From: Selaginella moellendorffii
Lineage: Eukaryota > Plantae > Lycopodiophyta
Assembly: GCF_000143415.4 (NCBI RefSeq)
Contig: NW_003314301.1
Span: 1,604,981 to 1,668,980 of the forward strand
Length of the DNA stretch: 64,000 nt
Direction: 5' to 3'
The stretch's first letter is position 1, and the number at the start of each line of letters is the position of its first letter. Positions 34,460-47,600 of the stretch are shown piece by piece. The notes beneath the pieces were generated by a model, which did no database searches, was not told where the DNA came from, and worked only from the letters and a program-made list of their open reading frames with translations. The translations under genes were made by a program, and so were the position numbers.

Positions 34460-36260
34460 CCAATGTTAGAATGGGTGATGGTATGTGTCAAGACAAACCA
34501 CAGGAATATTCTGAGAATATTCTATAACCTAGATTTAAACTCTAGTCAATGGGATAGTTTATAAAGTAATCAACAGGATGGTCTATAGGGTAGTCAACAT
34601 GATGACTAACCCACAAATGCTTAATATTCGGGGAAGAAACATCCATTGCTCTATCAAGGCTCAAAAAGTAGAAATGGGAATGAAGTTAAAAAAAATTATT
34701 TGGACCAGCAAAAGAAAGACAACATAGAGGGCAATTGTTTTCATTATCACAAGGCTAAACATCATGGCAAGGATTGTCCTCTTGTGAAAGGATCAAAGAA
34801 TGTTAATGTGAATATAGTGGAATTTATCATGGATATGGCTTAGGCATTTGTTGTGGTGACTTTTCCACATCTTGTGGCAAAAGTTCAAGAATCTAAGTTT
34901 TGAGTTCATATCAACTCTATAGAGCTCAATAGTTCTATATGCAATCAACTTGTGAAGGCTAAAAGGCATATTCAGGGTAATGTTGTTAGTATTATTTATA
35001 ATCCAAGTGCTATATACAACTTTTTGAGCTCCAAAGTGGTGAAGAAACTTAATTTTCTTATGAAAAAGTGTTTAATAATCTATAAAGTAGTTATAGCAAA
35101 TAGACATAGCACTCGTGTTTACGATGAATAAGCTTTGACTACTCCCTTAATAGTTAAGGGGATTCTTGACCATCCTTTATTCTAAATTATAGATTTTGGT
35201 CGCATAGATGTTATTCTTAGGAAGGAATGGTTTTATGATAGAAAGTGAAGGATTGATTAGGAGTGTAATGTTCTATATATCAAAGTTAGTGACACTATAA
35301 AAGAGATTGTCAAAATAGATAATAATGATACTCTATTGATTATTGCTTTGGAATTGGTGACTTGCATGCATGAGATAGCTAGTTCTTTCATAATGTACCC
35401 ATTTCTTTCTAATATGATCATATCTAATTTAGAGTACGTTCATGGGTATGGGGCTTGAATGAATTACATTCAAGAGGAGTTCCATGACATATTTCCAAAT
35501 AAGTTACTTGATGGCTTGCCTCATAAACGTGAAATTCAGCATGAGATTAACTTAGTTCCTAAAGCTACTCTTTATTAGTAACAACCAACTCATATTAGTC
35601 ATGTTGAAGATGAGGAGATTAATAAGTAACCCTATGAGTACCTTCGGAAGTGGTGGTTGTGGATAAGTAAGTCTCCTTGGCTGCTCCAATAATGATGGTC
35701 AAGAAGAAAAATAGTATATAGCATCTTTGCGTGAATTACAAATTAAATGATAAAATAGTGAAGAATATGTTTCTAATCTCTAGTATCAATGATTTGCTCG
35801 ATTGTTTTTCATGATGTTTAATATTTTTTGAAAATTGATTTAAGGTAAGGATATCATCATATTTATGTCAAGCTAGAAGATGTTCTAAAAACCATATTCT
35901 GGACAAAGACAGGTCATTACAAGTTTTTGGTGATGCCATTTGATTTAACAAATGCTCTTGTAACTTTTTAGAGATTAATGAATTAAATTCTACAACCTTA
36001 CTTAGGAAAGTTGCAATTAATTATTTTGATAATATCCTGATGTTCAACTCTTCAGTGAAGGAACATGAAATCTATGTGCGAAATGTTTTGCAGCTTTTAA
36101 AGGACCACAAGCTCCAAGTGTGAGTTTTTTTAGAGGAGATTGAATATCTCAAACATTTTATTTCAATGTATGAATTGAGAGTTGATCTTATAGGTTGTGG
36201 TTAATTGGCCTATACTTTCGACAATGCATGATCTTTGTAATTTCTTTGGTATGATTGGAG
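34460..36260 (+). mobile_element. Degenerate Ty3/gypsy gag-protease-RT
   Basis: Zn-knuckle remnant CFHYHKAKHHGKDCP, KIDLR*GYHHI and [15 protein letters not shown]. Many stops; AT-eroded. Confidence 0.85.
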
Positions 36261-36365
36261 TTTTTTTTATGATTTATGGACTTTTCAAAGATAATAGTGT
36301 TCTTAATATATACTATTTACTATTATTATATATAATTTTCTCCCCATCTGAGTTGGCCATGCTAT

Positions 36366-39190
36366 GTGAGAGTGCTACTACTGGGCAGCCAAGAAATTTG
36401 GAGACCACTGCTGAGGAATCACACTCTCAATTGCAGGCATCCAATGCCAGTGCCAAGGGCAATGCTGATTCCCTGCCTCACACTACAGCTCGTAGTACCT
36501 GGCCGTGCCCAAGACAATCCAGTCGTCATAGCAGCCATATCCGCCACGTTGGACAAACGCGCTAGAACCCTAATTTTCAACCAAATGCGCGGCAAGAACT
36601 TGGCGCGGGAGGAATGCCTGGCGCTGCCGATCGAGCTTCTGATCCGGGAATGCACGAGCTCGGGTGTGCTCTGCGATGCGAGGCGGCTGCATTCGCAGAT
36701 CGTGGCGAGCGGGAGGGATGTGAGACGGGACAAGTTCCTGGCCAATCTGCTCGTGCAAATGTATGGCGCTTGCGGGAGCGTGGAGGATGCCGCGGTGGTT
36801 TTCCGCAGCATCCAGCAGCCCAATTCCTTCTCCTACAACATGATGATCGCGGCGCTCGTCCGCAACGGCTGCATGAGCTACACGAGGGATTTGTTTGACG
36901 CATCGCGTCTCGTGTTTGATACGGTCTCGTGGAATGCCATGATCAAGGGCTACATCGACAGCGGATGGATTGACGAGGCGAGGCAGCTGTTTGAGCAGAT
37001 GCCACACAAGAGCACGTACGCCTCGAATGCTCTCATTGCAGCATATGCCCGAACTGGGCAACCTGACGATGCCCAGCGCTTGTTTGAGACGATGATAGTG
37101 TCTGCCCGGCGTGATTTGTTCTCGTGGACGGGGCTCATGACCGCGTGATTTCAGGGTGGCGCCGTTTTAAAAGCAAAGAAGGTGTTTGATGCAATGCCCG
37201 TGTGGGACGTTGTGTCCTGGAACGTTGTGATATCAGCACATACCCAGAACGGGCATCTTAAGAAGGCAAAGGCTTTGTTCGACGATATGCTAGAACGAAG
37301 CACCATCTCGTGGAACGCAATGGTGCAGGCTTACTGCCGCAGTGGGTTTCTCGACGAAGCGTGGCTTTTGTTTGAGAGCACTCGCGACAAGAATGTGGTG
37401 TCCTGGACGGGTATGCTGACCGCGTTTGCTCAGAAGGGTTATCTGGGCAAAGCCGCCAACTTGTTCCACACAATGCCCGTTCGGAACGTAGTTTCTTGGA
37501 CTGCTATGCTTCAGGTGCTTGTGCATCTGGAAGATCTCGATGAGGCGGTTGGCTTTGCCGGAAAGATGCCACAACACAACGACATGGCCTGGAATTCCAT
37601 GATCATAGCTCATGCCCAGTACGGGGACACGAGGGCTGCCAAAGCCTGGTTCGATGGGATGAGCTTCCGGAATGGTGTTTCCTGGGCTGCGTTGGTGGTT
37701 GCATTCTCGCAAGGAGGATGCTTGGCAGAAGCGCAAGCCTCGTTTTCAAGGATGCCTCGCCGGGATGCGGTGTCGTGCAATGAGATGATACTTGCGCTCG
37801 GGAGTGCGGGGCTGATGCGAGACGCAAAGGTGGTGTTTGAAGAGGCGATTCTCGCGAGAGACGTTCTAACTTTTACTGCGATGGTGACGGCCCACGCCCG
37901 AGCTGGAAACGTGAAGGAGGCGAGACTTTGCTTCGAAAGAATGCCGCATCGCGACGTGGTCTCGTGGAATTCCATGATCCAGGCCTACGCCCAGAACGAC
38001 TGCGTAGACGAAGCACTGGACTTGTTTGCGAAAACACCCGAGCCGGACCTTGTGTGCTGCAATGCCATGATCCACGCCTTTCCTCGTAATGGTCTGCTCG
38101 ACGACGCAAGATCTCTCTTTGACAGGATGGCCACCAGGAATCTACTGACTTGGACTGGGATGATCGCCGCGTATGGTCAGCTTGGTCACGTCCAGAAAGC
38201 CATGCAAGTCTTCTCGAGCATTCCGGACAAGAAGGACGTGGTTGTGTGGACGGCTATGGTGGCGGCGTATGCCAACAACGGAGACATGGCAGGAGCTCGA
38301 ACGGTGCTGGACAGGATACCTTGCCGAGACGTCCCGGCTTGGAATGCTGCGATCACGGGCTATGCCCTCAGCGGGTATCCCAGGCAAGCACTGGATCTCT
38401 TTGCCACAATGGACGTGGAAGGACTGAGAGGAAGCGAAGTAACTTATATCGAGGTCTTAGATGCGTGCGGCAACATGTCCTCTATCCGGCACGGGACAGA
38501 GATTCACGAAGGCTTGGCTGCTGGCTGCTCGGACAAAGTTGGCAATGCGTTGCTGAGCATGTATGGCAAATGCGGCCGGCTGGATCGAGCTTGGGAGATC
38601 TTCGTGTCCATGCAGCAGCAGCAGCAGCAGCAGAAGCGTCATGGCTGCAAGCAGGAGGAGCTCGTGTCCTGGAACGCGATGGTGGCGGCGTATGCACAGA
38701 ACGGCCACAACCCCGAGGCGGTGGAGCTGTTTCGAGTGATGAATGTGGAGGGCGTGGAGCCGGACGAAATCACGTTTGTGAGCTTGCTGTCGGCGTGCAG
38801 CCATGGTGGGATGCTGGAAACCGCGAGGTGGAGCTTTAAGTCGCTCCTCCAGCGAGACTACCAGTCGGCTCCCACGCACTACATGTGTGTGATCGACTGA
38901 CTGGGACGAGCAGCCATGGCCGAGCAAGCCGAGGACTTGATCCGAGATATGCCCTTCCACCCGGATCCAGTGGCGTGGGCGACTCTGTTGGGTAGCAGCG
39001 GTGTGGATGTGGGTGGTGACTGGGTGATGGAGCTCGATCCGCTGCCGTCTACGTCTTGCTCGCAAACATCCACTCCCGGGGCGAGGAGTAAGCCAGTTGG
39101 ATCTCCTTTCCAAAGCTTTCGGAGAATGGAGACGGGGCGCAGCCGCGTTTCAGAGCTCGCCATCTTTAAGTTGCAACGACGGTGAGTATA
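36366..39190 (+). pseudogene. PLS-class PPR (E-type) pseudogene
   Basis: Continuous frame of PPR motifs (DVVSWNAM...) broken by TGA at 37146 and 38898. The E domain is deleted and frameshifted (AAVYVLLANIH in another frame); no DYW domain is seen. Confidence 0.9.
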
Positions 39191-39254
39191 AACTCGCTTC
39201 TCCTTGCGCTACTACTGACTTTGTTTTCTTCTATCATGGCGACACTTTTGTCGC

Positions 39255-40002
39255 CGGGTGCAATCCATTCAACAGTCGTCGGCCAGGTCCCTCCCGATCA
39301 AAAGATCTCAAAACAAAAATCTCCACTGAAAAGCTTGTCTTTTTGGTGATTATTGCAGGCCGGAGTTGCGAGAAATGCGGCCGAGTGCATGGCCAAACTC
39401 GCCTTCGTTCTCATCAGTGTCGTAGGGGACGACATAGATGGTAAAGGAGGCAATGATCTTTCCAAGTCTTCTAAACTTCGGATTTCTTCCTAGGAAATGC
39501 TGTGGTGGATCACTGGAAGGCTCTGGGCTTACCGACAAACGGTAGTAGCTCTCTCTTCGTTTTGCTCGCAGTGGAGAAAACCAAAAAAAAAAAAGCCTTT
39601 TTGTGAGTCGTAGCTCATGAATTATTACGTTACAGCCCTGACGATAGTGGAAACTGATGCTGGCTCGAACCACACTGGAACATTTGCTTGCTTCGCCACT
39701 GGAGTTTCTCCGTTAGCAATTGATGATCTATGAGAATTGGATAACCACTTACACTTGCAAGCGGTTTCCAGTGACTCGGGAGTGAGGTTGGCATCCAGCA
39801 ACACAGCCGGTGCTGCTTGGATGAGAATTGTGAGATCCATTCCGGGGTCAAGTGTTTCTCCTGGAAACTTGATCAGGAGAAGAAAGTACTGCGGACGAAA
39901 CTGTTTAGTGTCCTCGCTTATATATCGCCAAACGAGAAAGAACTGGCTGGTTTGGGAGAAACACTATCGAGTCTTGACACTGCTCTAGTTCCTAGTGGCT
40001 GA
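39255..40002 (+). pseudogene. Pseudouridine kinase (pfkB family) fragment with an internal inversion
   Basis: Plus strand GVARNAAECMAKL..ISVVGDDIDG and YISPNEKEL; minus strand VLLDANL and VPVWFEP. Confidence 0.8.
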
Positions 40003-40123
40003 CCAAGGAGCAGCACTACATCCATCTCCATGTTAATGAATCACCCATTAAAATTTCAATTAGAGCTAAGTGGGATTGCCGCTTCTTATTAAAACAAAAC
40101 AACCTCTCTTGTTGGCTGCTGAA

Positions 40124-41656
40124 TCAAGGACATGATTTTGCCAGTCGTGGGACGAGCATTAGGGGTTCTTCTCTGATTAAAACAATGCCAAAGTAAGCTT
40201 TCATATTGACCTCGTCCTTTCCATCTGGGAGGCTCCACTCAAATGTGTGCAGCATTGTAGCCAGAGCATAGTGCACCATAGTGAGACCCATGTTCAATGC
40301 GGGACACATTCTTCGGCCTGATCCAAAGGGTATCAGCTCGAAGTTCTGACCTGTGACTTGCACATCAGACTTTGTCTCCAGAAAGCGTTTGGGATTAAAC
40401 TTGTTGGCCTCGCTCCAAGTAGATTCATCTCTTCCAAGAGCATACGCATTAACCAGCAGCCCTGTTCCTGCAGGAATGTTGTATCCCCAGATGTTACAAG
40501 ATTCCACGGATTCATGAGGAGCTAGCAAAGGTGCCGGAGGATGTAAGCGAAGTGTTTCTTTGACTATGGCCTGCAGAAACTCGAGCTTTGGGATATGCTC
40601 CTCCTCCACGGTACCATTACTTCCAACAATCTCCTCCAGTTCTTGTTTTACTTCTTGCATTAACTCGGGATTTCTCATGAGCTCGGCCAGAGCCCAATCC
40701 ATTGTGACTGCGATGGCGTCTGTACCTGCTGCAAGCATATCCTGAGATGCGAAAACAACCAGTTAGTACTTCAAACTTCTCCCATGTCTTACCGAAGTCA
40801 ACGCCTTGATTCTGGTATCATCTAGAACTCCACCAGCAATCAAAACGTCCATGAAATCCTTCACCTCGTGATGAGACTCCCGGGTTTTCTTGTGCTCTTG
40901 AAGTTGCTCTCCAAGGTAGTTCACCAGTTGCGTTTGGAGCCACTTGATCCTGAAGACTTTGGGATCAGCCCAGCTGAGGCATGGGATAAGATCCCCGATT
41001 TGCAGACCATTCCCAACTTTGGAGGCTTCATTGAGGTTGTTGAGGAATTCTTTCAGCTTTTCAGATTCACTACCTGAGGCGTCCGAAATGCTCTTGTTCA
41101 ACACCATGCGGCTCATGGTGTTGAAGGCGAATTGGAAAAACCTGGAAGTCAGATCTACAGGTCTTCTCTGGCTGCATGCTTCCACAAGTTCCGTGATGAG
41201 CATGGACATTTCCAGCTTCCGCACGGGCTGGAACATCTGCACGCGCTTTGTAATGAAAAACTCAAGAGTGCAAATCTTCCTCAAATGCCTCCAGTGATCA
41301 CCGTAAGGAGCCCATACCAAATCCGTCGCCTCGTACCCAAAATACTTGGCTGCTGAGTTTGCAGGCCTGGAAGCAAATTCACGGTCATGAGTCTTGAGAA
41401 CTTCTTCTGCAGCAGCTGGTGTCGAAGCTACTAGTGTCTTGATTCTCCCCAGCTGCAGGTACATGAGCCCTCCATGCTGCTTTGCAAGCTGGAAAAGATA
41501 CTCATGCGGAAGTTTCTTTCCTACCAAATGAATGTGGCCTATGATGGGCAGCGCTCTTGGAGATGGTGGAAGACTTTGATTTCGCTTGTTAGTACACAAG
41601 AGCACAACTAGTATGAGAGCAAGCGTGAGCACAATTGTAAGTATCATTTCTAGCAT
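40124..41656 (-). CDS. Cytochrome P450, CYP71 clan, 2 exons (intron 40742-40792)
   Basis: TM anchor, LPPSPRALPIIGH, WRHLRK, ETLR, PKRF and heme motif FGSGRRMCP. Confidence 0.93.
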
Positions 41657-41899
41657 ACTGGCATGTGGAAGTAAGCTTAGTTCTTTATGTATACAGATTG
41701 GAATATACTGGATAGGTATCTTGCAACAAGTATATAAGTATATACCTAAGTTATTATATGTAGTTATTATATGAATCGTCACTTTCAATATCTTTTGTAG
41801 GATCCCAATTGTGACAGACCATCAGGCACTGCAATGGCTTTAAACATGAATACATTATATTTTACATTACATATTCTGTCATATTTTAATAATGGAAGG

Positions 41900-44460
41900 C
41901 CCAATTTAGAGTAAACACTTTTTTAAAAAGTATGTTTACCAAACACTTTTACTATTATGCCCTTTGTGTTAATCTTGTTTGATCCTAAATATTATTTATA
42001 GAAAGTGTTTAAATTTGTTTATTTGGCATGGAATGTAAAGATTGTGTTGAAGACAATGGTGTTAGTCCCACGTCCAAATTCACAATCTAGCACTATTCTA
42101 TATTTAGTAAGTTTCAAATTTGTCCTAAAGATTAACTCCTGGTACTAAAAGTGGCTAAGGGTGAAAGTTCCTCAACAGGGGGTTTAAATGTATAGTAGGA
42201 ATAGTAGGTAAGTTAAGCATGGTTGATTAATCTGAGGTATAATTTAACTCCCACTTACGTGTTTGTTTTTGTTTTACATTTGACTTGGGTCTAAGCCCAA
42301 GTTCCACATTATACTAGCTGGTGAAATACTTATATTCTTGCGTTAGGCCACTGGAATACTAAAATAGTTCCAAATTTCATTTAGCTCCATTTGTGTGTTA
42401 GTCCTGACATTGGGATGTTGGATGCAATTGTTCCAAGTTATTTCGTGCTTCTATCCCTTTGCTCTTTGGGCTGTACGCTTAGAAGTCATTCTGTGCTCTA
42501 GTATTGTTGATGTTTAAATTTGAGTGAAATAGGATATTTATCCATAGAATTGATATTGAGTTTGATTAGACTCAATACATATAGTATTAATAATTTGGCT
42601 ATAGCTTTATATTATTAGCATTCATGTATTTGCTAGTTAATAATTATATTAGCTTTCAAATGAGTTGAGTGGCAAGTTTGAGTTAGTTGTGTTCTAAATA
42701 AGATTATTTAGTAAGGGTTAAGCTTTTAGCTTTTCCTTGAAAAATAATTGAGTTGTGGACTATATTAGCTTTGCAAAAGAAAAAGATTTTAAAGTTATTG
42801 ATTCCTTATTGGATTTGAGTTGAGAATATATTGATCATTGATGATTTCTCTTGTGTTTGTTATGAAATGAATTATATTTTATTATGCACAAATAAATTTA
42901 TGGAGGATTGTTTAGTGATCACTTATTAAACATAACTTTGTTGTGCTTAGCTTTGGATTGATGCAAATATACTCTTCTTTAGTTTTGGCATTATTAAGTG
43001 TAGCTTCTAGATGTGTTAAGAAGGATATTGTGGGTTGCACCATGATTTTTTGTTTAACATTAACATTAGTTTATATGAGACTTGTGATCATTGTTAGGTA
43101 GAACTTAAATATAAGCTTCTTTAAACTTTATGTTCTTTGAGTTTTATACTTTATGGTCTATTTGTTAAAAGGTGTTAGGGAAGGCATTTTTGGTTTATTA
43201 TCTTCGATGTTAAAGTTAATATTTACATCTAACAATCATTGATAATGATTAATTATCATCTAGAATAGTTGATCATCCTTGTCAAAAGTTTTGCTTGATT
43301 ATTATTGATATATAATGATTACTGGTCTTTTGGATGGTGGATTCTTTATTTAACAATTATGCATCTCTCTATTGATAGAATGATTGATAATCTTTCATGA
43401 TAGTTAATTATTCAATTTGATGGCTTTTAGCTTTTCGCATTACCATATATTTTTGTGTGGATTGTTTTGGATTAGTCTCTTGAGTTTTAGACATCGGTAA
43501 AATGTTGCTGACACTTGCTTAAGCAACTTGAGTTCCTTCGTATTGTTGATTGAGATTTATTCAAGTTGGCTAATGTAATAATTAGCATAATTAAGTATTT
43601 ATTGATCTTGCCACATTCATTTTGTTTTGTTTATTATTACTATAGTTACTTTTGATAAATTTGATGTTTTTTCCTTTGGGTGATATATTCATGAGGATTT
43701 TGCTCACTAGTCAATACGTTCTGTAAGTTGTCTTTCATAAGTTGTTTAGCATACTATTTGTAATTTTTGATAGCTAAATTTTATCATTGATTGTTCTTGA
43801 TAGTATACTTGTTATTGAGTTTCGTGGATGGTTAATCTTATGTGTTCTAACTATAGTGATCTTGGTGGTTCCTATACTATAATTCTAGTTTATTGGATGA
43901 AAACTGCACTAGAATACTTAAAATTAGCTTTGATGTAGCTCTTCCATCATGAAGAAATATAGTCTATAAGCTTTGTCATAAAAAAAAATCAATTTTCACT
44001 TTATTCTTACAAGGATTGTGAGACTAATAACTTTCCCACAATTCTAACCAAGAATGAAGTTTTGACTATCATAAACATCTATTGATAATTTCCATTCCAT
44101 GATACTATAATCTTTGGCATGTTTGATATACCAATAGTAATCATGAATACAAGATTGATTCAACCTTTAAGGTCTAAAAAAATTAAAAAATCTTTAATGA
44201 GATAAACAAAATCCTTGAACCTCAATAATTTAGCAACTTTGCCACATTAGAACATCATTAAAAATCTTGGCTATCACTTATGCCATACTCCTCATCAAGA
44301 TCTATATCCCATTCATTTACCATCCTTAAAAGAATATATTGCTCCGATACTAATGAAACAAACAAAGAGTGAATCCTAGGCCAACCTCCCAACTTTTAAA
44401 GCATTACAACTTTAAATCCCACAATCCATAGAATAGTGTTAACTTTGGACTCATTATAAC
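41900..44460 (-). mobile_element. Very AT-rich decayed repeat region; the right end resembles a gypsy integrase C-terminus
   Basis: No long ORFs, strong C/G depletion, and 42370-42500 is homologous (inverted) to 2935-3070. Confidence 0.5.
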
Positions 44461-46000
44461 ATCTGAATAAGTATATCCTAGCAAGAGCTCCTCAAGTGCC
44501 ATTAGGGAAACCATGCACTAGCAATTCTTATTCAAATCTTGAAGTGTCTTACATGAATCCCTATATTCATTTTCTGCCTTTTATTTTGATTTTTGGGCCA
44601 AGAAAGGTCAAACCTTGTTTTGTAAGAAGTTTTCACAGCCTTTGTTGGCCACAGTGTCATTCCCCTAATCTGTACTCTTGGGGGTCATTGGAAGACAATT
44701 GTCACATCTGCATACTTGCATTCCTTGCAGTGGGTGTTATATTGTGTTCACATATGATACACTTTATATTTTACAGGAGATAGGTTCACCAAAAAACAAG
44801 ACACAATACTTTTCTTTTTTCTACTTTGGAAGTGTTCATCCTACATAACTTTTAGTGTGGGATCCTGTGGAGATACATCTAAATGGTACCATTTTGCTGC
44901 CATCACTTGTATAAAATCTCTAGCTGGATTGTCTTGCCATCTTAAGTTACAATTCTTAGCACTGTCCATTGTTTCTTTCAGTGATCTTTTGTTGAGAGGA
45001 AAAAAAATATCCCTGCTGAGAAATCGTGAGTATGGGTCTGGAGGTATAGGACAATTGTGACAGATATGTATCCTTATGTTTATATTAATATAAATATGTA
45101 TACAATACAATATCCTCTTGTCACCACAGTTATATGTACAGCTATAGTGTACACTTTTATATTCTACAAGGGCTAACAAAGGATCTCACCAATCTTCCTT
45201 GCAACGAGCAAGTATTGACAACACGCACAACAGGTTGCAGGGGATCGAAGACGAACAAAGAGAAGATGAGGGACCACAGAGAGAGAAAAATCCATGCATT
45301 GCATGATAAGTCCCATGCCTCCCAATACACTTTTTATATTTACTGACAATAAAGGTTTACTTGTTAAATAAGTTTATTTATCTGGTCCCACTTAGGAAAT
45401 AAGTTTTTAAAAACTGTCCAAAACATTTGTAGCGGTCTATTGTCCCTTTCAATGATCTTTTGTGGGTCAGAAGGATCTAAATCCCTTGTATTATGATGTT
45501 TTGGACGAATATATATGCATTAAATCTGCACCTTAGACAGACGAGCAGAAATAGCATATTACTGAGAATGTCACTATAAATTCTATCCTTAATTGCTTTG
45601 GAAATAACACTTTATGATTTAATAATCTTATATTTTCTTGACAAGATTCTATGACTTGCAAGAAACACATAATTCTTATTTATAATTTCGTACTGTGATC
45701 ACTTCAACACATGCATCTGTGACATTATTTCCACATTATGGCATAGTCATATTAAAGCATACTTCTATTATTAAATTACAACTCAAAAGGACTTTGTCAT
45801 GTGATCAAATCTAGGACGGAATAAAAATTATACATTGCTAGCAGAATGTAATGAAGATTTACTGCATCCACAATGAACAGTCCTGCCCTATTTTCTGTTT
45901 AGCTCATGTGATGAAAATTAGGTTAGGGTTAGGGCAACTGCCGGCATTAGAGTTTTACAGAAAATTGTCTTCACAGAAGTCCTTGTGAATCCCTGATTCA

Positions 46001-47281
46001 ATGAGTGTAAACGCAGTGATGCAGGCTAGCACTTCCAGGAGTGGCTTAAGATTTTTAAAGCCTATCCATTCGTTCTCATCTCAAGGAGCCTTTCAGCTTG
46101 CAGCTCCACAGCAAAACCAAAACCTTGAGCTGCCTCATCGACTTCATGTTTCATTGGAGGCTTTGGAACGCTCCAGAACATCACTCCATGATTTTGTAAG
46201 ATGTAGTTGCAATTGTCATGACTGACAAGCGCGTGCTTTTAGTACATCTCACATTTCATGTTCCATGGCCTGGATCCCGGCAACCACGAACACAACTTCA
46301 AGTACTTGCCAGTTCTTGCTTTCACGGAGGCTTATGTGTATGAGGTCTGTAATTCCAAGAGCCCTATGGAGTATCTGAATTGTTATGGGCACAGGTCGAT
46401 GTAGAATACGAGAAAGCTCTCAAGAAAATGCAGGATATCCATGACCCAGTCAATGACGTGGATCCCTTTTATGGGCTTAAACTGGAACTCACGGCTCGAA
46501 ATCTCTGGACGGATAGGTACGTCTGATGTCCATTCAACTGGCTCAATCATTGCTTGAAACAATGCAGGATGGCAAATGAACTTTTGAAAGGATGCCATTA
46601 CTTGAAACTAGAGCAATCCATTTGTCATTCCAGTCCAGAAGATCAAATTTCAATCCTAGATGCTCGCAGAGCTTTGGAGTTCAAATCATTCGACTACAAG
46701 TTGCTCAACCCCTTGCTTTACAAAATGAGGGGAGAAGAGGTGAATGAGTTCCACTTCGGCTTTCTAGAGTTGTCAAATCGTCTTGTGGAGTTAGCAGATA
46801 ACTTGTAAGTGATCCCCGTGGATTTGTTGTCTGATTAACTTCCTTATATATATTTGCAGGTCTGATTACGAGGTGAGTTACAAAAGGCTTTAATGATTTC
46901 CCCTGCGGATGATGAATATAGGAGGACGTCAAAGACAACTCATTCAACATAGTGTGCGTGTTTTACAAAGTTTATGGACCAAAACTCGGTTCACAAATGC
47001 TGGTGCGTTGGCAACTGGCTTTGATTTTAACTCGTATTGTCCTACAGGCTGAGTACATTTCCGCTGTTAAACTACGGTTTGAAGAAAAACTAAACAAGCT
47101 AGAGCCGGAGCTGAGAGAAAAGTTCCCAATTCGTTATCAAGAGGAGCTTTCGAGAGGTACTAACGAGTTTCGATATAAATCCTTAATTGGTTGTGTTCTA
47201 GGCAAAAGCATTGCGGAAACCTGGGAAGTGCCCCCATTTATCGATGAGACACCTTATAGCGCTTTGGTATCAAGCAAATGA
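46001..47281 (+). CDS. Conserved uncharacterised plant protein with isoprenoid-synthase-like acidic motifs, 8 exons
   Basis: Splicing gives an intact frame: FMFHGLD, FKYLPVLAFTEAYVYE, KSFDYKLLNPLLYKMRGEEVNE, VELADNLSDYEEDV. A 13-nt microexon lies at 46860-46872. Confidence 0.8.
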
Positions 47282-47356
47282 TACACTAAACCAGGAAATA
47301 TGGGTTTGAAAGGTCGACAAAGCGAGTAAAGTCTCATACTAGAACATAAATTCTCT

Positions 47357-47600
47357 CTAGGACATTCTAGGACTCTTTTCTTGTCGAATAGGTGTGTCTT
47401 CCGTGGTACTCCTCTCCATCAGTCTCAAAGCTTCACGAAACAAATCTGCTGATGCTTCATTGTCGCCCGTGACGTGAATATTGTTCCGTATGAAAAAGGC
47501 TACAAAGTTAATACCCGTCATGTACTTTGCTTGCACCAATGCCGACATTACAGCTCCAACCTATCTATCGCTGGGTTTCTCCTTTGCAAGCTTAAGAGCC
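47357..47600 (-). pseudogene. Unidentified helical-repeat-like gene 3' fragment
   Basis: EASADLFREALRLME, with an in-frame stop upstream. Confidence 0.3.

Noticed and set aside
37146-38900. Programmed readthrough, selenocysteine or U-to-C editing of the PPR TGA codons
   Set aside because: This is a nuclear gene, the paralogue shows TGC at the first site, and the E domain is also deleted and frameshifted.
41657-41788. N-terminal extension of the P450 ORF
   Set aside because: This is AT-rich promoter sequence with a non-ATG start; the TM anchor begins at MLEMIL.
45918-45933. Interstitial telomere (TTAGGTTAGGGTTAGG)
   Set aside because: Only 2-3 units sit about 70 bp upstream of a start codon, which fits a telo-box-like promoter element better.
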